Part shown: positions 58,517 through 64,000 of the stretch, in pieces
How the letters are laid out: the number at the start of each line of letters is the position of its first letter
Position numbering within the stretch: position 1 is the first letter of the stretch
Assembly: GCA_041648575.1 (NCBI GenBank)
Contig: JBAZOT010000001.1
Location: 31,298-95,297 of the forward strand
Source of the DNA: Patescibacteria group bacterium
GTDB lineage: Bacteria > Patescibacteriota > Patescibacteriia > Veblenbacterales > UBA10138
DNA length: 64,000 nt
Direction of reading: 5' to 3'
Notes under the pieces: model-generated
Databases searched by the model: none
What the model saw: the letters and a program-made list of their open reading frames with translations, nothing else
Told to the model about the DNA's origin: nothing
Position numbers and translations under genes: made by a program

Positions 58517-59988
58517 TGGATAATCGTAACTTATTGAAACAAATTAATAAGGTTGATTGGGAATATGTTATTAATCGCCGGGAAGCGTTGCTATTTCGAT
58601 CTCTGACAGATACTTGCTATCAGTATCAAGTCATTGGCATCCATTGGAAACCTAAATACATTTTGCGTTTAATAAGCGGAGAATTTTATCATAGCCACCA
58701 CGAGTTGGAGGGGTTGCGTAACAGCATAGCTGAGTATAGTGATAGATTGGGAACTGATTTTAAAACAAGACTCCTAAAGTATATTGGTAATCTAGATAGA
58801 TTAGCATCCCGAATTGAGGAAATTGATTGTAATAAATTAAACCATCGTCAGATTATAAGTTTGCTCGTTTCCTATTATCAAGCGGCACTTAAAGCGCATT
58901 GTTTTTTATTACCTTTTCCAGTAGGAGATAGTATTATTGCCTCAGAAATAATCAAGTTGCTCCTTACTGCCTCAGATGAGCAAAAACGTCGGTGGTTGGC
59001 TATTTTATCTTCTCCAGCTAAAGAAAATAGCCATACCCAAGAAGAGCGCTCGTTATATCGTTTGGCTATTGCCTATCAAGTAAATAAACAGCAATATATC
59101 AGATTACTACGAAAGCATGTTAATAAATATGCCTGGATAGGAGCACGGGGATATTATTTTGATAATGCCTGGAACAAAAAAGATATTGAAGCTAGGGTTA
59201 AAAATTTATTTTTTCAAGGTAAAAATCCTGCCAAAGAGCTTAAATATCTTGATAATTTCCAAAAAGACCAGAAACGTGCCAGGACTGAATTAATTAAAGA
59301 GCTTAAGATAGATAAAAACCCCCGCCTTTATAGATTAGTTAAACTAGCTTCTGAATTTGCTTATATACGCACTTGGCGTACTGATTTAATCTATAGAGCA
59401 GGTTACAAAGTGCGCCATCTTTTTTATAAGGTGGCTGATAATTTAGATGTTTCCCACAGCGACATTATTTATCTGACATTTCAGGAAATTATTACTTCGG
59501 CAAAAAAAGGTGAGTCATCAATACCAAAAAGTGAAATAATTAAACGCCAACAATTTTTCGCTGCCTTCTTATTACAAGGTAAATATCAAGTTTTGTCTGG
59601 TAATATTTGGAAGCAGCTGTTAAAAAATTATAAGCATTCATCTAAACAGGAAACAGAATTCACTGGTACGTCTGCCTATACAGGTAAAGTCATCGGTAAA
59701 GCAAAAATAGTGATGCAAATTCGTGATATAAGTAAAGTTCAGGCTGGCGATATATTAGTGGCGCCTATGACTTTTCCAAATTTTATTGCAGCCATGGAAA
59801 AAGCCAGTGCTTTTGTGACTGACGAAGGTGGAATATTATGTCACGCCGCTATTATTTCTCGCGAAATGAAAAAACCTTGTATAATAGGCACTAAAATTGC
59901 TACTCAAGTTTTGAAGGATGGTGATTTAGTAGAGGTAGATGCCAATAAAAGGATTGTAAAAATATTAAAAAAATCCCGATTCAAGTAA
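58513..59988 (+). CDS. Protein with C-terminal PEP-utilising swivelling His domain
   Basis: VTDEGGILCHAAIISREMKKPCIIGTK..VEVDAN; helical N-terminal region. Confidence 0.85.
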   Translation: MMDNRNLLKQINKVDWEYVINRREALLFRSLTDTCYQYQVIGIHWKPKYILRLISGEFYHSHHELEGLRNSIAEYSDRLGTDFKTRLLKYIGNLDRLASRIEEIDCNKLNHRQIISLLVSYYQAALKAHCFLLPFPVGDSIIASEIIKLLLTASDEQKRRWLAILSSPAKENSHTQEERSLYRLAIAYQVNKQQYIRLLRKHVNKYAWIGARGYYFDNAWNKKDIEARVKNLFFQGKNPAKELKYLDNFQKDQKRARTELIKELKIDKNPRLYRLVKLASEFAYIRTWRTDLIYRAGYKVRHLFYKVADNLDVSHSDIIYLTFQEIITSAKKGESSIPKSEIIKRQQFFAAFLLQGKYQVLSGNIWKQLLKNYKHSSKQETEFTGTSAYTGKVIGKAKIVMQIRDISKVQAGDILVAPMTFPNFIAAMEKASAFVTDEGGILCHAAIISREMKKPCIIGTKIATQVLKDGDLVEVDANKRIVKILKKSRFK

Positions 59989-60003
59989 TTTTTGAATCGG
60001 GAT
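59967..60003 (-). terminator. Terminator between convergent genes
   Basis: ATCCCGATTCAA...TTGAATCGGGAT 12-bp stem with an A run on the left. Confidence 0.7.
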
Positions 60004-60035
60004 AATTATTAGACAACTTTCACCCACTATGATTT

Positions 60036-60611
60036 TTAATCATTGAGGTATTCAAACACCCCTGCGTTAGGATTGTATCTGAAAATATGAATTAGATCTT
60101 TCCACATTTCTTCACTGCGAGCCCATCCTTTAAGCATTTCAGTATTAGTAACTCCTCTAGCCCAACCAATAAGTCCCGCGACTATCGGTCTGTGTGTACC
60201 AATTAGTACTTTTACTTCTCCTGACATGTCTTGAGATAGATGTGACATTCGTAGATTATTGGTAACAAATAATATGGCGTTCTTTTGCCAATAATCGTAC
60301 CATTCTTTTTCACATTGGGGATAAAAATATGTTTTTCCACTTTGTCGACTAGCATGTTGACCAAGAAGACGGCTTGTCCGCCAATCCATATTAAGAGCCA
60401 TACACAGTATTGAATTGACATCATTACCGCGACATAACCGCGATGAGTACGCGAGATCGAATGGTCCTAATTCCTTGATTTTAGGAACAATGGATTGTAT
60501 CTGCATCATTCCTTGTTCATTCATTGGGGGATTTGATAGTAACACTGGGTCTTCAGTTGTTTGAAATTTCATCTTATCACCATGCACGACGAATACAATT
60601 GTAAAGATCAT
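60036..60611 (-). CDS. Degenerate histidine phosphatase family protein
   Basis: FVVHGD (RHG to VHG), YSSRLCRG, VLIGTH; ATG at 60611 after GGAG; upstream TTGACA-N17-TAGACT (60692-60664). Confidence 0.6.
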   Translation of the reverse strand: MIFTIVFVVHGDKMKFQTTEDPVLLSNPPMNEQGMMQIQSIVPKIKELGPFDLAYSSRLCRGNDVNSILCMALNMDWRTSRLLGQHASRQSGKTYFYPQCEKEWYDYWQKNAILFVTNNLRMSHLSQDMSGEVKVLIGTHRPIVAGLIGWARGVTNTEMLKGWARSEEMWKDLIHIFRYNPNAGVFEYLND

Positions 60612-60720
60612 TATTTTCTCCAAGTTTTGTTTTTCATTAGTTATTTTGTTTTAAAATCAATTAAGTCTAGCAAGGAGATGTTTATTTGTCAAGAGTTAGA
60701 ATAATTGCAATAATTAGAAT

Positions 60721-60757
60721 AGATTGCTTCACCCCGTCTGACGGGGTTCGCAATGAC
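60721..60757. repeat. REP-like palindrome, half unit ending in ATGAC
   Basis: AGATTGCTTC-ACCCCGTCTGACGGGGT-TCGCAATGAC. Confidence 0.7.
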
Positions 60758-60769
60758 TATCAAGGGTTT

Positions 60770-61030
60770 ATGAGTAAACGTTCACTTAAATTAGAAATAA
60801 TGCAAAAAATGACTGAATTAGCTACAGCTGGTTTTGGCTTGGTAGCAGCATTGGCTTGGAACGATGCTATTCAATCTTTATTTAAAAAATTATTTGGTAC
60901 ACAGTCAGAGGTTTGGGCAAAATTTGTTTACGCCTTAATTATTACTGGATTAGTCGTACTGATAACTATGCGTTTAGGAAACTTGGTAGATAAACTTAAA
61001 CATCAAGATAATAATGATAGCGAAAAATAA
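60770..61030 (+). CDS. DUF5654-like small membrane protein
   Basis: TAGFGLVAALAWNDAI..F, YALIIT; ATG at 60770. Confidence 0.8.
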   Translation: MSKRSLKLEIMQKMTELATAGFGLVAALAWNDAIQSLFKKLFGTQSEVWAKFVYALIITGLVVLITMRLGNLVDKLKHQDNNDSEK

Positions 61031-61038
61031 AATGTACT

Positions 61039-61099
61039 GTCATTGCGAGCGAAGCGAAGCAATCTAGATTACTTCGTCGCTAAAGCTCCTCGTAATGAC
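61039..61099. repeat. REP-like GTCAT...ATGAC composite palindrome
   Basis: GTCATTGCGAGCGAAGCGAAGCAATCT-AGATTACTTCGTCGCTAAAGCTCCTCGTAATGAC. Confidence 0.8.
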
Positions 61100-61124
61100 T
61101 AAAAAGAATTATCATTTGTAAAAT

Positions 61125-62921
61125 ATGAAAGATTTGCGTGTGAATAATTTGAACTGGAAAATTGGCGGTCAAGCTGGTTATGGTATTTTATCAGCTGGAG
61201 AGATTTTTGCTTATTCATGCCTGCGAGGTGGTTTAGAAACTTTTGCTTATTTAGAATATCCTTCATTAATTCGTGGCGGGCACAATACTTATCAAGTATG
61301 GGTGCGAGATGATAATGTGCAATCTCACTCTTCACAAGTCGACTTGTTAGTGGCACTTAACAAGGAAACTATTGATCGTCATATTAACGAACTTAATGAA
61401 GGCGGTGTTTTGATGTATGACACAAATGATAAATTTTTAAATGAGTGGACTTGCCCCCGACAGGATATTATTTGTTTTGGCATGCCGCTTGGTAGTTTAG
61501 CGGAAAAAGCTGGTGGCCAAAAAATGATGAGTAATGTGGCAGGCGTGGCTGCCTCTTTTGCCTTGGTTAAATATCCATTTGAATTAATAGAAGAATTTAT
61601 TACCCGAGCTTTTAAAAAAAAGGGTGAGGAAGTTGTTGATATAAATTTGGAAGTAGCGCGTGTTGCTTATGAACATGCGATTAAAAATTTCACTGGCAAG
61701 TTTGCTTGTGAATTAAAACCCAAGAAGGTTAAAGAAAAAAGAATGCTAATTAATGGCAATGAAGCCATAGCTATGGGTGCTATTAAAGCTGGATTGAAAT
61801 TTTTTGCTGCTTACCCAATGACGCCAGCTTCGTCAATTTTACATTATTTAGCCAGTCAAGAAAGAAATTATAGTATTGTGGTTAAGCAAACTGAAGACGA
61901 AATATCAGCCATGAATATGGTTGCTGGTGCTGGCTTTACTGGGGTGCGGGCAATGACTGCAACCTCGGGTGGTGGTTTTGCCCTGATGAGTGAAGCTTTG
62001 GGTTTGGCTGGCATGGTGGAATCACCAGCAGTAATTGCTTTGGTACAACGCCCAGGACCAGCTACTGGCCTGCCCACTTGGACTGAACAAGGAGATTTGC
62101 GTTTTGCCATGCACGCCGGGCAAGGAGATTCGCCGCGCGTTATTTTAGCTCCAGGCGATCCAGAAGAATGCTTTTTTATGACTTTTGAAGCATTCAATAT
62201 TGCGGAAAAATATCAATTGCCAGTAATTATTTTAAGTGATAAATATTTAGCTGAAGCTAAGCAATCGATTCCTTTTTTTAAAACCGATAAATTAAAAATT
62301 GATAGGGGAGATATTGTTAATTCTGTTAATCAATTGGAATATGATAGATTTAATCGTTATGCTGATAGCACTACAGGGGTTTCAGCTAGAACCTTGCCTG
62401 GAACACTCGGCGGAATTTTTACTGCTAATAGTGATGAACATGATGTTACTGGTTTAGTGGAAGAGAGCGAGGAAAATAGAAAAATCATGATGGATAAAAG
62501 AATGCGTAAATTGCAATTATTAAAAAATGGAATTAAAGATTCGGTTAAACTTTATGGACCAAAAAATGCTGATATTACTATCGTTGGTTGGGGATCTACT
62601 AAAGGGGCGATACTTGAGGCTATGAAGATGATCGAGAGCGAGTCTATGAAGGCGAAGTCCGGTACCGAAACGCGTAGCGGGTCTGGTACGCGGGTAAACT
62701 TTTTACAGATAAGATTATTAAGTCCCTTTCCTGTAAAAGAAGTAGATAGTGTTTTACGTCAAGCTAAATATCGGTTGTTAATTGAAAATAATTTTTCCGC
62801 ACAACTTGGTGGATTAATTCGTGAGAAGACAGGTATTGAGATAACCGATAAGCTTTTAAAGTACGACGGCCGACCAATACATCCAGAAGAAGTGATTGAG
62901 AAAGTTAATTCAATCAGGTAA
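61125..62921 (+). CDS. 2-oxoacid:ferredoxin oxidoreductase alpha subunit (gamma-alpha fusion, KorA/PorA type)
   Basis: GGQAGYG, IRGGHN, AYPMTPAS, EDEISA, ATSGGGF, QRPGPATGLPT, WGSTKG, KYDGRP. Confidence 0.93.
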   Translation: MKDLRVNNLNWKIGGQAGYGILSAGEIFAYSCLRGGLETFAYLEYPSLIRGGHNTYQVWVRDDNVQSHSSQVDLLVALNKETIDRHINELNEGGVLMYDTNDKFLNEWTCPRQDIICFGMPLGSLAEKAGGQKMMSNVAGVAASFALVKYPFELIEEFITRAFKKKGEEVVDINLEVARVAYEHAIKNFTGKFACELKPKKVKEKRMLINGNEAIAMGAIKAGLKFFAAYPMTPASSILHYLASQERNYSIVVKQTEDEISAMNMVAGAGFTGVRAMTATSGGGFALMSEALGLAGMVESPAVIALVQRPGPATGLPTWTEQGDLRFAMHAGQGDSPRVILAPGDPEECFFMTFEAFNIAEKYQLPVIILSDKYLAEAKQSIPFFKTDKLKIDRGDIVNSVNQLEYDRFNRYADSTTGVSARTLPGTLGGIFTANSDEHDVTGLVEESEENRKIMMDKRMRKLQLLKNGIKDSVKLYGPKNADITIVGWGSTKGAILEAMKMIESESMKAKSGTETRSGSGTRVNFLQIRLLSPFPVKEVDSVLRQAKYRLLIENNFSAQLGGLIREKTGIEITDKLLKYDGRPIHPEEVIEKVNSIR

Positions 62922-62953
62922 TTTTTTAACAATTAGACATCTCAATTAATTTT

Positions 62954-63044
62954 GTCATCCCGAACTTGTTTCGGGATCTCATAAAGATGCTGAAATAAAT
63001 TCAGCATGACCAACTGTGTCATTCAAGCCACTAAGCTGGAATCT
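62954..63044. repeat. REP-like GTCAT...ATGAC composite palindrome plus a half unit
   Basis: GTCATCCCGAACTTGTTTCGGGATCT...AGATGCTGAAATAAATTCAGCATGAC, then GTCATTCAAGC..GGAATCT. Confidence 0.75.
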
Positions 63045-63089
63045 AGAAACAAAGAAGATAAAAAGTTAACAAAATGAGCCCCATCACGA

Positions 63090-63118
63090 TTGAATTGATG
63101 ATTAAAACATGATATAAT
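63090..63118 (+). promoter_or_regulatory. Promoter of the TA pair
   Basis: TTGAAT-N17-TATAAT with TG extension. Confidence 0.6.
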
Positions 63119-63140
63119 TATTTTGATTAGTATCTTATCT

Positions 63141-63395
63141 ATGACACATCCCAAAACCATTCCTAAAGATCTTTTTCCAGTACTGTGGTCTTATGATGTG
63201 GCCAAGCTTGACCCCTGGCGTGATCGACATTCGATAATTGTGAATACCGTTAACTACGGCGACCTTAAACAATGGCGGTGGTTGGTGGAAAGCTATGGTA
63301 CCAAGGAAGTGCAGCAAGTACTCGGAGAAGCCAAGAGCTCCACAGTACTCCGCCGCCGAGCGCGCAAGCTTTTCTCCTTACTCTTAACAGTATGA
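63141..63395 (+). CDS. DUF6922-like putative antitoxin
   Basis: LWSYDVAKLD...II..VNYG...WRWL...YG; directly upstream of an AbiEii-like gene. Confidence 0.75.
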   Translation: MTHPKTIPKDLFPVLWSYDVAKLDPWRDRHSIIVNTVNYGDLKQWRWLVESYGTKEVQQVLGEAKSSTVLRRRARKLFSLLLTV

Positions 63396-63402
63396 ACCTG
63401 TT

Positions 63403-64000
63403 ATGCACCGTGAGGCTTTAACCGAAGAGGGGGCGAAGCTCTGGCCGCAGTTGGCCAGCTTGGGCGATTTTTATTTGGCTGGTGGCACGGCCGTGGCTTT
63501 GCAGCTGGGGCACCGCGTGTCGGTTGATTTTGATTTTTTTAGCGATAAGTCCCTCTCGCTTGATTTGTTACCCTCTATTGAGCGGCTTTTTAACGAACAA
63601 AAACAACGAATTATGGTGAATAATAGTGAAGAATTAACACTCCTGATCAGCGACACCAAACTTACTTTTCTCAAATATCCCTTTCCACTGCTCTATCCCA
63701 CAATTCTCGTGGAGAGGGTACAGCTGGCGACGATTGCTGAACTCGCCGCCATAAAAGCTTACACTATTGGACGACGGGGTAGTTTTAAGGATTACTTTGA
63801 TTTGTATAGCATTTTACAGTCAGGATATGCTTTAACCACCGTGATTGCCGACGCAGAAAAAAAGTACCGCGATAACTTCAACTCCCGACTATTCTTAGAA
63901 CAGCTTGTGGATCTATCGGACATTACCGACTCTGCTTTACGTTTTTTGGTGCCGGTTATATCGCCGCCAGAGGTTGAACAATTCTTTTCTGGCGCTGTGA
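63403..64000 (+). CDS. AbiEii/AbiGii nucleotidyltransferase toxin family protein (3' partial, missing from ORF track)
   Basis: MHREALT..FYLAGGTAVALQLGHRVSVDFDFF..KAYTIGRRG.FKDYFDLY. Confidence 0.88.
   Translation, partial: MHREALTEEGAKLWPQLASLGDFYLAGGTAVALQLGHRVSVDFDFFSDKSLSLDLLPSIERLFNEQKQRIMVNNSEELTLLISDTKLTFLKYPFPLLYPTILVERVQLATIAELAAIKAYTIGRRGSFKDYFDLYSILQSGYALTTVIADAEKKYRDNFNSRLFLEQLVDLSDITDSALRFLVPVISPPEVEQFFSGAV

Noticed and set aside
2549-63674. Numerous short antisense or out-of-frame ORFs in the track (e.g. 2549, 4126, 7044, 13706, 18352, 31351, 31885, 45208, 53473, 53669, 61868, 63471)
   Set aside because: They overlap well-supported genes and show no motifs of their own
1-64000. 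CRISPR array or cas genes
   Set aside because: No regularly spaced repeats with unique spacers; the 33-bp flotillin repeat is contiguous and coding

Overview
AT-rich chromosomal window that reads as a Patescibacteria/CPR genome (inferred from gene content: split dcw cluster, secretin-less pilBCMNO type IV pilus locus, SecD with an inserted PPIase, DUF5654, short TsaB, PduL-AckA, isolated PEP-utiliser His-domain proteins). The backbone, mostly on the + strand, holds mraZ-rsmH-ftsL-ftsI-murF, mraY-murD-ftsW-murG-murC, murB, hpf-speA-speB, secA, secD-secF, rrf2-sod-sufCBDSU, pfkB-pduL-ackA, a 2-oxoacid:ferredoxin oxidoreductase alpha subunit, tRNA-Glu(CTC) and an AbiEii-type TA pair. The most striking pattern is a second, dispersed gene class. 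Eleven accessory genes, all on the - strand, carry clear Shine-Dalgarno motifs and sit in units with their own TTGAC[A/G] promoters and mostly their own terminators, whereas backbone genes almost never have an SD. They include a lipoprotein, a beta-barrel-like protein, prs, nfeD-flotillin-carbonic anhydrase and degenerate signalling folds. One such unit (murC-murB gap) also holds two long-stem structured RNA candidates. Other oddities: an intact tRNA-Glu nested between the two halves of another tRNA-like sequence, an S41 protease with a J-domain-like insert, and a GAF gene starting at ATT. All calls come from manual motif reading; no database searches or folding programs were run.
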